A stretch of 64,000 bases of DNA, from contig NZ_JACHWS010000004.1 of assembly GCF_014191505.1 (NCBI RefSeq), positions 58,654 through 122,653 of the forward strand, given 5' to 3'. This document shows, piece after piece, positions 9,041-18,251 of this stretch. The position numbers and the translations under genes were made by a program. Below the pieces are notes generated by a model. The model ran no database searches and was not told where the DNA came from. It saw nothing but the letters and a program-made list of their open reading frames with translations. Numbering within the stretch: position 1 is the stretch's first letter; each line of letters begins with the position of its first letter. This DNA is from Hoyosella altamirensis. GTDB taxonomy: Bacteria; Actinomycetota; Actinomycetes; Mycobacteriales; Mycobacteriaceae.

Positions 9041-9772
9041 CTATCGCAAGGGCCAGCCCCGTAGCTGTTTCGGCCGGGGCGTCGCATAGGTTCGCACCTT
9101 GCTCGTCGACAGTCCCAGCGAGACCAGCGATTCCGCCAGCTTCACCGCCGCGGCCACGCCGTCGACCACCGGGACAGAAGTAGCTTCTCGTACAGCCTCA
9201 TCGAGCCCGGTCATCCCGCCGCAGCCAAGGATGATGACTTCCGCTCCGTCGAGTTCAACGGCGTGCGTCGCCTGAGTGACGATCGAATCGATCGCAAGGT
9301 CAGGAGATTTGTCGAGTTCGAGTACCGATAGCCCGCTTGCACGAACGGACGCGCACTGGGTGTGCAATCCGGCGAGCAGCAGCCGCCCCTCGATCAGGGG
9401 CACGGTCCGATCAAGAGTCGTGATGACCGAGTAAGTGCGACCTACCAGGCAAGCTACGTGCGCCGCCGCCTCGGTGATGTCAAGCACGGGGACGTCAAGC
9501 AGTTCCTGCAGGCCCTCGCGGCCGTGTTCCCCAAACCCAGCCAGGATGACGGCGTGAAAGTCATCCCCGCATTTCTCGCGGTACGCGACGACGCGGTCCA
9601 TCACTGCGACTGCCGCCAGGTAACTCTCGAAGTTGCCCTCCACTGATTCTGCTCCGAAGAACGGAGTCAGCGGGACAATCTCGGTGCCCTTAGCCGCTGC
9701 CGAGGCCGCCCGGGCGCCGATCAACGAGGTCATCGCGTCAGTGGTATTGACATTGACAACGAGGATCTTCAA
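9041..9772 (-). CDS. Asp/Glu/hydantoin racemase family protein, likely allantoin/hydantoin racemase
   Basis: 243 aa in this racemase family. Stop-start overlap with the upstream NCS1 permease gene. Lies within an allantoin-utilisation neighbourhood. Confidence 0.7.
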   Translation of the reverse strand: MKILVVNVNTTDAMTSLIGARAASAAAKGTEIVPLTPFFGAESVEGNFESYLAAVAVMDRVVAYREKCGDDFHAVILAGFGEHGREGLQELLDVPVLDITEAAAHVACLVGRTYSVITTLDRTVPLIEGRLLLAGLHTQCASVRASGLSVLELDKSPDLAIDSIVTQATHAVELDGAEVIILGCGGMTGLDEAVREATSVPVVDGVAAAVKLAESLVSLGLSTSKVRTYATPRPKQLRGWPLR

Positions 9773-11190
9773 CGCCGCTCCGCACGTTCCCCGGAACGGG
9801 TACCTGCAGCGTCGTCAGCGGCGGGCAGGAACCGTCGAGACGACGGCCAGAACTTCATCAGCAAGTAGTAACACAGCCCTGCTGGCAGTAAGCCCGCGTA
9901 GAACGAAATATCCGAAAAGGTGAAGGCAGTAGCGATGCCGATGCCTACCGAAATCAACGCTGTGTAGTTGACACCTCGGTACGCTCCGGACGCATCGTAG
10001 AGCTTGATCAGGTTCAGGGCTCGTCGCCGCACGAAGTAGTAGTCAACGACCATCACCGCGAAGATAGGGCCCAAGAACGCTGAGTACGTCTGCACGAAGA
10101 TCTGCAGCCCATCAGCTGACTCCTCCCGGACGAGCAGCCAGGGGAAAGTCGCGAAGGCCAGCAGCCCGACCAGGACTGTCGCGACCCGGTACGGGACCTT
10201 GAAGATATCCATGAGGACATAGGTCGGCGGTACGACGTTATTGAGAACGTTAGTGGTGACCTGCGCGAATGCGATGAAAACGAGGGTGATCACAAGCAAG
10301 GGAGTGTTGTCGACAGCGTTGGAGAACACCTGAATCGGATCGACTACACCCGTCGCACCTGACACCATCAGCCCGATCAAGCCCATAAATACGGTCACTG
10401 GGAGGATCGCGGCCGTGTAGATCGTGAGGAGTAGACCGGGACGTGAGCCAGGTGTGTGCTCACGTGAGTAATCACTGACGTTGATCATCATGGTCGCGTA
10501 AATACCGAGGAAGAGCATGGTCGCACCCCAGAAGGGCGTGCCCCATGTTCCGTCGACGGAAAGCAGATTGGTTTCAATCTCGGCGCCGTAGCGATTGAGA
10601 ACGCTCACGAACATGTACACCAGCGCCGCAAGGATGAAGATCGCACCGACGTTTTCGAGCCATTTGATTCCCTTGAATCCGAAGATCGAAAGCGCGATCT
10701 GCAAGAACTGGAATGCGATGAAGTACAGGACGAGGTTGTCGAATCCGAAGAGAACTGCGGAGACCTGATTTATCGCGGCAGCTCCAACCCAGCTCTGAAA
10801 GCCATACCAAACTAGAGCCGGGACCGCGCGCACCAGACCGGGAATGCGCGTTCCGGTGAAGCCGAACGAGCTGCGCGCCTGCACCATGAACGGAATGCCG
10901 TACTTATACCCGGCAGCGCCATTGAGGACTAAACCAAGACCGATGACCAAGCATCCGATCGAAATCGCCACGAGCAGCTGGATGAGATTGAGAGTGCCGA
11001 CGAGGCTGGAGCCCATGGTAAATGTCCCTATCGAGACACAACCGCCCATCCACATCAGGAGGTAGGACGTGCGCCCCACGATTCGCACCTTTTGCGGGCC
11101 CAGGGACTCTTGACCAGCTGTTTTTGTGTGCAGTACTTCGGGCGGAGACCCGGCAGGGTTTCCGGTACCAGGGTCATGTGAAGTCAGCAT
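9769..11190 (-). CDS. NCS1 family nucleobase:cation symporter (allantoin/hydantoin/uracil permease-like)
   Basis: 12-TM protein typical of NCS1 (PucI/Mhp1-like). The track ORF extends to 11565, but that N-terminal extension is non-membrane, so I chose the internal ATG (MLTSHDPGT...) at 11190. Confidence 0.7.
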   Translation of the reverse strand: MLTSHDPGTGNPAGSPPEVLHTKTAGQESLGPQKVRIVGRTSYLLMWMGGCVSIGTFTMGSSLVGTLNLIQLLVAISIGCLVIGLGLVLNGAAGYKYGIPFMVQARSSFGFTGTRIPGLVRAVPALVWYGFQSWVGAAAINQVSAVLFGFDNLVLYFIAFQFLQIALSIFGFKGIKWLENVGAIFILAALVYMFVSVLNRYGAEIETNLLSVDGTWGTPFWGATMLFLGIYATMMINVSDYSREHTPGSRPGLLLTIYTAAILPVTVFMGLIGLMVSGATGVVDPIQVFSNAVDNTPLLVITLVFIAFAQVTTNVLNNVVPPTYVLMDIFKVPYRVATVLVGLLAFATFPWLLVREESADGLQIFVQTYSAFLGPIFAVMVVDYYFVRRRALNLIKLYDASGAYRGVNYTALISVGIGIATAFTFSDISFYAGLLPAGLCYYLLMKFWPSSRRFLPAADDAAGTRSGERAERR

Positions 11191-11289
11191 TGTGCACCTG
11201 CCTGCGGGGGACGATGATCGGCCTGACCCAGAACAGTAGGAAGACTCTGTTGCAGCGATGTGCCGTCGCGTCACAAGCTGATGAAGGCA

Positions 11290-11301
11290 CGAATATATTC
11301 G
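11290..11301. promoter_or_regulatory. Perfect 12-bp palindrome CGAATATATTCG in the divergent promoter between the NCS1 permease and ORF 11332
   Basis: About 100 bp upstream of the permease start. An AT-rich palindrome is unusual in 65% GC DNA. Candidate operator for a purine/allantoin regulator. Confidence 0.3.
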
Positions 11302-11331
11302 CGGGAACATTTCTCGTACGATGTACGTTAA

Positions 11332-12000
11332 TTGGGGGTCGCGACAGAAAGTGGGGCTCACATGACGACCGCTGAACTGACCAAGGAAGCCGCTGAAGCA
11401 GAGGTCAACCGTCAGATTGATAATCTCCGGCTTGCCCTCACCGCCGCAGGGCGTTCCGATGAGGTGCTCGCCGAAACCGAAGATCTGCGGGATGCACTGA
11501 TTAGAGAAACAACCGGTTCCGCGCTGCCCGAACCAGCCCGCGTCCCGTTCGCGCTGGTGCTGCACCGCAGCGTACTTCCAGTGTCCGAGGTCGTTCCCTC
11601 GCTTCGCTTCGGGAGTCGGCCAGGGTTCATCTCAGCCGACACGGCCGATATTGACACGTTCACAGCGATTACTGACCTCGACATTCCTGACACGCACTTG
11701 TATGCGGTGATCGACATCGATCGAGGGGGCGCTACCCGGAACTGGACGCCAGACGAAGCGATGTCGAAATTCGCCAATGAAGATCGCAGTCCGCTCACCG
11801 TCGAGGAAGGAGCCGCGTTCCTGCTCCACTACCCAGAGTCGCTCGAGAAAAACAACTGTATCCAGACCCCCGGCTCGCGCTGCGGCGATCGCCGTGTACC
11901 GGGAATATGGATCAGCAACAGAGCGCCGAAACTGGGCTTCTGCTGGGCGGGGAACCGGCACACATGGCTGGGGATCGCGTCCTGCGCCAGCCGGATCTGA
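11332..12000 (+). CDS. Conserved hypothetical protein
   Basis: 222-aa ORF with protein-like composition and no recognisable catalytic motif. The internal ATG at 11362 (MTTAELTK) is an alternative start. Confidence 0.4.
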   Translation: MGVATESGAHMTTAELTKEAAEAEVNRQIDNLRLALTAAGRSDEVLAETEDLRDALIRETTGSALPEPARVPFALVLHRSVLPVSEVVPSLRFGSRPGFISADTADIDTFTAITDLDIPDTHLYAVIDIDRGGATRNWTPDEAMSKFANEDRSPLTVEEGAAFLLHYPESLEKNNCIQTPGSRCGDRRVPGIWISNRAPKLGFCWAGNRHTWLGIASCASRI

Positions 12001-12006
12001 CGGCGC

Positions 12007-12927
12007 CTATTTCGCTGGGTGTACCCGACGCCAATGCTCCGCGATATCGATGCGCCGGGTCACCCACACCTCCTCATTGCCTTGCACGTAGTCGAGGAAG
12101 CGTTCCAGGGCCGCCGCGCGAGAGGGGCGCCCAACTATCCGGCAATGCAAACCCACGGACATCATTTTGGGTGCACCCTCGCGGCCCTCCCGGTACAGCA
12201 CGTCGAACGCGTCGCGCAGGTGCGCGAAGAACTCCTCGCCATTCGCGAAACCTGCAGGTGAGGCAAAACGCATATCGTTCGTTTCCAGGGTGTACGGGAC
12301 AACCAGGTGTTTGACCAGGCTGTCACCCAGGGGAACATCTACCCAGTAGGGAAGGTCGTCCGCGTAGGAATCGGCGTCATAGGTGAAGCCACCGTGCTCC
12401 ACGACAAGCCGCCGGGTGTTTGGCGAATCGCGCCCCGTGTACCAGCCAAGCGGTGCCGCACCCGTGAGGTCGCGAATGATCCCGACTGCCTCGGCCATGT
12501 GGGCTCGTTCGATTTCGGGGTCGAGTTGCTGGTAGCTGATCCAGCGCAGTCCATGGCTGGCGATCTCGTGGCCGAGTTCACCGAAGGCTGCTGCTGCCTC
12601 GGGATTCCGTTCAAGAGCGCGGGCAACCGCGAAGACGGTCAGAGGAAGTCCGCGCCGCTCGAAGATGCGCAGAATCCGCCACACACCAGCCCGGGAACCG
12701 TATTCGTACAGAGACTCCATGCTCATGTGCCGGTCCGGATAAGACTGCGCGAAAACGATGTCCGACAGGAATGTTTCCGAACCGGCATCACCATCGAGCA
12801 CGGAGTTCTCGCCGCCTTCCTCATAATTGAGGACAAACTGGACAGCCACTTTCGCGCCACCCGGCCACTGCGGGTCGGGAGGCTTCTTGCCGTAGCCGAT
12901 CAAATCACGCGGGTAAGTCATGTCCAT
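12007..12927 (-). CDS. puuE: Allantoinase PuuE (polysaccharide-deacetylase-fold, metal-independent allantoinase)
   Basis: 306 aa with strong similarity to PuuE/urate-catabolism proteins (VFAVARALERNPE...HGLRWI). Immediately downstream of allantoicase. Confidence 0.8.
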   Translation of the reverse strand: MDMTYPRDLIGYGKKPPDPQWPGGAKVAVQFVLNYEEGGENSVLDGDAGSETFLSDIVFAQSYPDRHMSMESLYEYGSRAGVWRILRIFERRGLPLTVFAVARALERNPEAAAAFGELGHEIASHGLRWISYQQLDPEIERAHMAEAVGIIRDLTGAAPLGWYTGRDSPNTRRLVVEHGGFTYDADSYADDLPYWVDVPLGDSLVKHLVVPYTLETNDMRFASPAGFANGEEFFAHLRDAFDVLYREGREGAPKMMSVGLHCRIVGRPSRAAALERFLDYVQGNEEVWVTRRIDIAEHWRRVHPAK

Positions 12928-12928
12928 C

Positions 12929-13954
12929 TCACCTCGGCTCCGTCAGTGCGGCAAGACCTGCGGGAGTGAGCGTCCCCCATGCGCGCAGCCTGCTCAGCCC
13001 ACCGTCCGGGTAGATATCCAGCCGAAGATCCGTCACGCCAGCTTCGTCGTCTACACGGAACCGATGCCGGGTATCAGGCTGAAGAGCAGTGCGTGGCAAC
13101 AACTCCACCCACTCGTCTCCGACACGGCCTCGTACCGACGCGGCCCCCGGCGCATTGTGGAGGAAACAGGTGGTGTCCAGCTCTACGACGCGAAGCGCGG
13201 CTTCCGCAGCCAGATGTACCTCAACCCAGTCGTTGCTCGACTCCCATTCACCGGATGGAAACCGCCTGCGGGAGGTTTCCCAGCCATCACCCATCACCCG
13301 CGCGTAGCCCGGCATCAGCAGGTTGTGCGGTGAGCTATAGAACCAGTTGGAGCAGCCAGTGACATGTCCGCCATTTTCGAGTGCGGCGACATCGACGGGG
13401 CCCGCGGTAAGAAACTCGGGATCGGGCGCCCCGTAGCCATGGACGCGTAGTCGGGCGACGCCCCCATCTGGATGCAAAGTCAGCTTGACGTGCGTAAAGC
13501 GCCGCTCATCTGAGACGGGGAACATGTTCGCGGAATCACCAGTCACGGCGGTGCGCAACACAAGTGGCTCCCACTTAGCCTCGTCGCGCAGCGTTTCGGG
13601 GGACGGATAACCGGCGACCGCCGCCGCCTCCAGAGAGATTTCGGGAGGATAGTTACCGGTAAAGAATGCGGTGTCCACAACGACGCCGTGAATCACTCCA
13701 GGCACACCGAGGCGCACGATCGCTTCGTCACATCCAGGTTCACGACGGCGCCTCGTCTCCCACCCGTCGTACACCTGCCCCTTATGGCCAAACGTTGCAG
13801 GGCTATAGCCAGGCGGCAGCGGGCGAATGAGATTCTCTTTCTCAGCGAACGACTCGTCGTTCGCCCACACCACCGAGCCTCCTAAGCTGCGAACCGCAAG
13901 ATCTGGCAGCTGGGTGAACTTCGGCGCGTCAGTCACGGGGCCTCCAGATAACAA
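12929..13954 (-). CDS. alc: Allantoicase (allantoate amidinohydrolase), two tandem allantoicase repeats
   Basis: 341 aa with an internal duplication (VWANDESFAEKENLI... / SNDWVEVHL...) characteristic of allantoicase. Confidence 0.8.
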   Translation of the reverse strand: MLSGGPVTDAPKFTQLPDLAVRSLGGSVVWANDESFAEKENLIRPLPPGYSPATFGHKGQVYDGWETRRRREPGCDEAIVRLGVPGVIHGVVVDTAFFTGNYPPEISLEAAAVAGYPSPETLRDEAKWEPLVLRTAVTGDSANMFPVSDERRFTHVKLTLHPDGGVARLRVHGYGAPDPEFLTAGPVDVAALENGGHVTGCSNWFYSSPHNLLMPGYARVMGDGWETSRRRFPSGEWESSNDWVEVHLAAEAALRVVELDTTCFLHNAPGAASVRGRVGDEWVELLPRTALQPDTRHRFRVDDEAGVTDLRLDIYPDGGLSRLRAWGTLTPAGLAALTEPR

Positions 13955-13955
13955 T

Positions 13956-15164
13956 TCAGGGAATATCGGGCAGCGTTCGCTGCACTAGCTCCTCCAGTAT
14001 CCCCGTGCTGCTGTGAGAACTCAGCGCGACAACGTCTGCCTCCTCGAACGCGCCGCAGTCAAGACCCCGGAGCACCACTGTGGCTAGCGCCTGCGCGGTC
14101 GCGGGTTCGTCGACAACTCCGCCTGACTGGCGCTGCAGGTAACTCTCCAGCCGCGGGGCCGCCACGACTAGTGATTCACGGTAAAAACCGAACGTGGCAA
14201 GCCAACGGGTGACGAGGTGACCGGGGTGCATATCCCAGCCCTGGTAGAAACCGTTCGCGAGGGACCGTGTCACCAGCCGATGGTGATTGCGGAGAGCCGA
14301 CTCCTGCTGTTTCTCGTCGCCTGCAGGGACGATCTGAGTCGATCCGTCACACACCCAAACCCCCGTTTGAGCAGCAGCAGCGAGCATGACTGCTTTCGCG
14401 TGGTCAGCGACCGGGTGGTCGAGCGACTGGTGCTGCGGGGCGATCCCGCAGGCAGCGCTGTAGTCATATGTGCCGAAATGCAGTCCGGTGCAGCGGCCTT
14501 CCGAAGCGTGAAGCGCGGCGGCGAGTGGAACGGCGCCGTCAGCGGCGATCACGGCCTGCGGCGACTCAATCTGCAGCTCAAACTTCAGCGCTCCGTCGCT
14601 GAGGCCGTGAACCCGCTCAAACTCGCGGCAGAGTGCGACAACAGCAGGAACTTGGTCAGCGTGACGAAGCTTGGGCACGGTGAAGGCGAACCCGGCCGGC
14701 ACGCCGCCTGCGCCAGCGAGAACTGCTTCAAGCGTCTGGACGAGCCGGTGACGTTCGTGGGGAGCGAGTCCTTTCGGGCGAATACCGCAGCTCTGCGGCC
14801 CATCTTCCTGGCGCGAGAGTCGTTGCAGCACTTCCCCGGCGCGCAACGCATGCCGATTCTCTATTGCATCATCACGCCAGCCGTATCCGTCTTCAAAGTC
14901 GAACCGTAAATCCTGAATGGGTCTTTCGCTCAATCGGTCAATGACACGGGGGAGTACCCCATGTGCATCAAGCTTTTGGAGCAGATCGTGGTGCGTCTCG
15001 ACCAGGCCAAGAGCCTGTGCCGCCCAGGCTTGTGTGATGGCTTCGGATGCGTCCGCGCCGCTGACATACACGGTGTGCGGCGGCTGGCCCAGGCGAAAAG
15101 GGGTGGGGTAGTGCTGGTCGAGAAATTGGTCAACAGGGGCGAGCAAAGCGTCGAGATTGATCAT
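13956..15164 (-). CDS. HpcH/HpaI aldolase / citrate-lyase-beta (CitE) / malyl-CoA-lyase-like family protein, function in glyoxylate/ureidoglycolate disposal inferred
   Basis: 402 aa. ELQIESPQAV and GLHFGTYDYSAA correspond to the Mg-binding Glu and Asp motifs of CitE/HpcH enzymes. First gene of the citE-like / alc / puuE operon. Confidence 0.5.
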   Translation of the reverse strand: MINLDALLAPVDQFLDQHYPTPFRLGQPPHTVYVSGADASEAITQAWAAQALGLVETHHDLLQKLDAHGVLPRVIDRLSERPIQDLRFDFEDGYGWRDDAIENRHALRAGEVLQRLSRQEDGPQSCGIRPKGLAPHERHRLVQTLEAVLAGAGGVPAGFAFTVPKLRHADQVPAVVALCREFERVHGLSDGALKFELQIESPQAVIAADGAVPLAAALHASEGRCTGLHFGTYDYSAACGIAPQHQSLDHPVADHAKAVMLAAAAQTGVWVCDGSTQIVPAGDEKQQESALRNHHRLVTRSLANGFYQGWDMHPGHLVTRWLATFGFYRESLVVAAPRLESYLQRQSGGVVDEPATAQALATVVLRGLDCGAFEEADVVALSSHSSTGILEELVQRTLPDIP

Positions 15165-15946
15165 TTCTTTTGACTGCTCGCCTTCAGCGTCGCTTCTAGC
15201 GAAGCGAGAAGGTCGGAGACGTCCTTATCGAGACTTTCACCGGCGGGTTCAGGTGGTGTATAGGACTCGCCTTGTGCGAGTTTGTTCTCGATGAGTTCAC
15301 GCAGCTTTTCCTGGTATTCGTCGGCATGCTGGTCGGGCTCGAAATCCTTCGTCATAGAGTCGACGACTTGATTGGCCATGTCGAGTTCGGCCTTGCTGAT
15401 CTTCGCCTCTTTCTCGAGTGAGGAGAATTCGGGATCGCGGATCTCGTCGGGCCACAGCAGCGTCTGCACCATCAGCGTTTTTCCTTTGACGCGCAATGCG
15501 GCAAGTCGTGTCTTGCTGCGCAGTGCGAAATGCGCGATCGCGATGCGGTCAGTCCCGGCGAGAGTCTTCTGCAGCAGTTGATATGCCTTGGTTGATTTGC
15601 CGTCGGGTTCGAGATAGTACGCACGATCGAACATGACCGGGTCGAGCTGGTCAGCGGGTACGAACTCGACGACTTCGATTTCGCGGGTGATGTCTTTGGG
15701 TATGCTCGCCAGGTCCTCATCAGTGATGATGACCATTTCGTCATCATCGGAGGTGTACGCCTTCGCTATGTCCCGGAATTCGACCTGCTTTCCGCATTCT
15801 TCGCAAATCCGGCGATATCTGATGCGCCCACGGTCCTCTGCGTGAACCTGGTGGAAACTGATGTCGTGGTCTTCTGTCGCCGCGTACACCTTCACGGGCA
15901 CGTTGACGAGCCCGAAAGTGAGTGCACCTTTCCATATTGAGCGCAT
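15161..15946 (-). CDS. ku: Ku protein (non-homologous end-joining DNA-end-binding protein)
   Basis: MRSIWKGALTFGLVNVPVKVYAAT is the canonical bacterial Ku N-terminus. The track ORF starts upstream at a TTG, so I chose the conserved Met. Confidence 0.9.
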   Translation of the reverse strand: MRSIWKGALTFGLVNVPVKVYAATEDHDISFHQVHAEDRGRIRYRRICEECGKQVEFRDIAKAYTSDDDEMVIITDEDLASIPKDITREIEVVEFVPADQLDPVMFDRAYYLEPDGKSTKAYQLLQKTLAGTDRIAIAHFALRSKTRLAALRVKGKTLMVQTLLWPDEIRDPEFSSLEKEAKISKAELDMANQVVDSMTKDFEPDQHADEYQEKLRELIENKLAQGESYTPPEPAGESLDKDVSDLLASLEATLKASSQKK

Positions 15947-15998
15947 GATCTTAGTATTGCCGACAACCTGTTCCGGGGGTAGCCAACGGAAGGCCTGT

Positions 15999-18251
15999 AT
16001 GTCGAAACTGGTCATCGACGGGTATACCGTTGCACTCACGCATCTCGACAAAGTGCTCTACCCCGAAACCGGAACCACCAAGGGTGAGATTATCGCCTAT
16101 TACGAGGCGATAGCTGCGGTGATGCTGCCCCACATTCGCGACCGCCCAGCCACCCGAAAGCGCTGGCCGGACGGGGTGACTGCGACGCCATTTTTCGAGA
16201 AGAACATACCGTTCTCCGCCCCAGACTGGATTCCGCGTCTTCCCCTCGAGCACAAGTCACGCACGGTGACGTATCCGCTGCTCAATTCCACTGCCGCGCT
16301 CGTGTGGATTGGTCAGCAGGCGGCACTGGAAGTGCATGTGCCCCAGTGGATCGCGCGGTCGGGAAAGCCGGGGCCAGCTAACCGGATCGTGTTTGACCTC
16401 GACCCCGGGCCAGGCACGACGCTGACGGACTGCGCGGTTGTCGCGAAACGTATTCGGGAGATCTTCCGCGAGATCGGCCTGGCTGTCTATCCGGTCACGT
16501 CAGGCAGTAAGGGACTGCACCTCTATGTACCGCTCGTAGATCCCGTGAGCTCCGCGCAGGCGTCCCGTGTTGCGCAATCCGTTGCGGCGAGTCTCGAACG
16601 TGCGCTCCCCGAACTGGTTACCGCCACCATGTCCAAAGCGGCGCGTCCCGGCAAAATCTTCGTCGACTGGAGCCAGAACTCAGCAGCGAAGACAACGATT
16701 GCGCCGTATTCACTACGGGGCCAGCCGCACCCGTTCGTCGCGGCCCCCCGATCCTGGGAAGAACTCGACGACCCGCACATCGAACACCTGACGTTTTCGG
16801 AGGTGCTGCGCCGAGTCGATGAATTCGGGGACCTGCTGTCGCCTGAGCGACCACGGCCAAGCGAGTCAGGCCCCGATCGGCTTGCTCTGTACCGGGCGAA
16901 ACGCGACCGCGCGCTAACCCCGGAACCAGTCCCGGACCCGGGAGAGAATCTGAAAGATGACGAAAGCGAGCCGCTATTCGTCATCCAGGAACATCACGCG
17001 CGCCGACTGCACTACGACTTCAGGCTCGAACGCGACGGTGTGCTCGTCTCGTGGGCGGTGCCGAAGAACATCCCCGACACCCCGGATGTCAACCACCTTG
17101 CTGTGCAGACCGAAGAACATCCGATGGAGTACGGGAGCTTCGCGGGGGAGATTCCGCGTGGCCAGTACGGCGCGGGCAAGGTGGAGATCTGGGATCGCGG
17201 CACATACACGCTGGAAAAGTGGCGCGACGATGAGGTGATCGTCGAACTTCATGGGAAACGCGCCCAAGGCAGATATGCGTTGATCAAAACGGGCGGCAAG
17301 AACTGGCTGATGCACAAGATGAAGGCGCCAGACGCGACTCGCCGCGTGCGCGGCATACCGCGGGGCTTGTCTCCGATGCTTGCCAAGTCGGCGCCGATAA
17401 AGCGGCTTGATGCCGGGGAGTGGGCATTCGAGGGCAAGTGGGACGGTTACCGGGCGATCGCTGAGATCAGCGAGGGCACGGTGCGGCTGCTGAGCCGCAG
17501 CGGGATTGATGTGACGCGCGACTACCCACAACTGCGGCAACTCAGCGAGGGCCTGGGTGGTCATGAGGTGGTCCTCGATGGCGAACTAGTCGGTTTCGAC
17601 GAAGAGGGGGTGACGAGCTTCGCGCGGCTCAGGGAAGCACCACGTGAGGCGACCTACCTGGTTTTCGATGTGCTTTATCTCGACGGCACCTCGCTGACGC
17701 GCAAACCCTGGTCCGACCGGCGGAAGGTGCTCGAAGCCATTGCTGGTCTCTTGCGGTGTGCGAGTGTTCCGCCGCTGCTCACGGGTTCGGCCGAGGAAGC
17801 GATCGCTGAGTCGGTTCAGCGAGGCTGGGAAGGCGTGATCGCGAAGCGCCGCGACTCGATTTATCTGCCCGGTCAACGAGGCACCGCCTGGCTCAAGCAC
17901 AAGAACTGGCGGACCCAAAACGTCGTCGTGGGTGGCTGGAAACCAGGCGAAGGAGGCCATGGTGGCGGCATCGGCGCCCTACTGGTGGGAGTGATGCGGG
18001 ATGGGAAGCTTCGCTACGCGGGACGCGTAGGAACGGGTTGGTCGGAGAAACAGCGCGCCGAACTGCTTGAGCGGCTGACGCTTCTGGTGCAGGAAAAGAG
18101 TCCGTTCGCCGACTGGGCAAGCGAACCTGAGTCGTCTGAAACACAATTGCGTGATGTTGTATGGGTCAGGCCCGAGATGGAGGGGACCGTGCGGTTCCAG
18201 GAGTGGACCAGCGCGCGACGGCTGCGCCACCCCGTGTGGATGCGTAGCTAA
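15999..18251 (+). CDS. ligD: Multifunctional ATP-dependent DNA ligase D (polymerase/primase, 3'-phosphoesterase and ligase domains in mycobacterial order)
   Basis: Pol domain (MSKLVIDGYTVALTHLDKVLYPE...), PE domain (QEHHARRLHYDFRLE...), ligase domain with the KxDG adenylation motif (EGKWDGYR). Divergent from ku. Confidence 0.9.
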   Translation: MSKLVIDGYTVALTHLDKVLYPETGTTKGEIIAYYEAIAAVMLPHIRDRPATRKRWPDGVTATPFFEKNIPFSAPDWIPRLPLEHKSRTVTYPLLNSTAALVWIGQQAALEVHVPQWIARSGKPGPANRIVFDLDPGPGTTLTDCAVVAKRIREIFREIGLAVYPVTSGSKGLHLYVPLVDPVSSAQASRVAQSVAASLERALPELVTATMSKAARPGKIFVDWSQNSAAKTTIAPYSLRGQPHPFVAAPRSWEELDDPHIEHLTFSEVLRRVDEFGDLLSPERPRPSESGPDRLALYRAKRDRALTPEPVPDPGENLKDDESEPLFVIQEHHARRLHYDFRLERDGVLVSWAVPKNIPDTPDVNHLAVQTEEHPMEYGSFAGEIPRGQYGAGKVEIWDRGTYTLEKWRDDEVIVELHGKRAQGRYALIKTGGKNWLMHKMKAPDATRRVRGIPRGLSPMLAKSAPIKRLDAGEWAFEGKWDGYRAIAEISEGTVRLLSRSGIDVTRDYPQLRQLSEGLGGHEVVLDGELVGFDEEGVTSFARLREAPREATYLVFDVLYLDGTSLTRKPWSDRRKVLEAIAGLLRCASVPPLLTGSAEEAIAESVQRGWEGVIAKRRDSIYLPGQRGTAWLKHKNWRTQNVVVGGWKPGEGGHGGGIGALLVGVMRDGKLRYAGRVGTGWSEKQRAELLERLTLLVQEKSPFADWASEPESSETQLRDVVWVRPEMEGTVRFQEWTSARRLRHPVWMRS

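Noticed and set aside
11191-11565. N-terminal 125-aa extension of the NCS1 permease ORF
   Set aside because: The extension is non-hydrophobic and overlaps the divergent promoter and palindrome. The internal ATG at 11190 gives a canonical permease of about 474 aa.
15995-16025. Apparent extra G (GGGG versus GGG) near the ligD start when reading the printed sequence by eye, which would frameshift ligD
   Set aside because: The supplied ORF track shows one continuous 796-aa frame, and downstream coordinates agree with the track. I attribute this to my manual indexing and am not claiming a frameshift or pseudogene.
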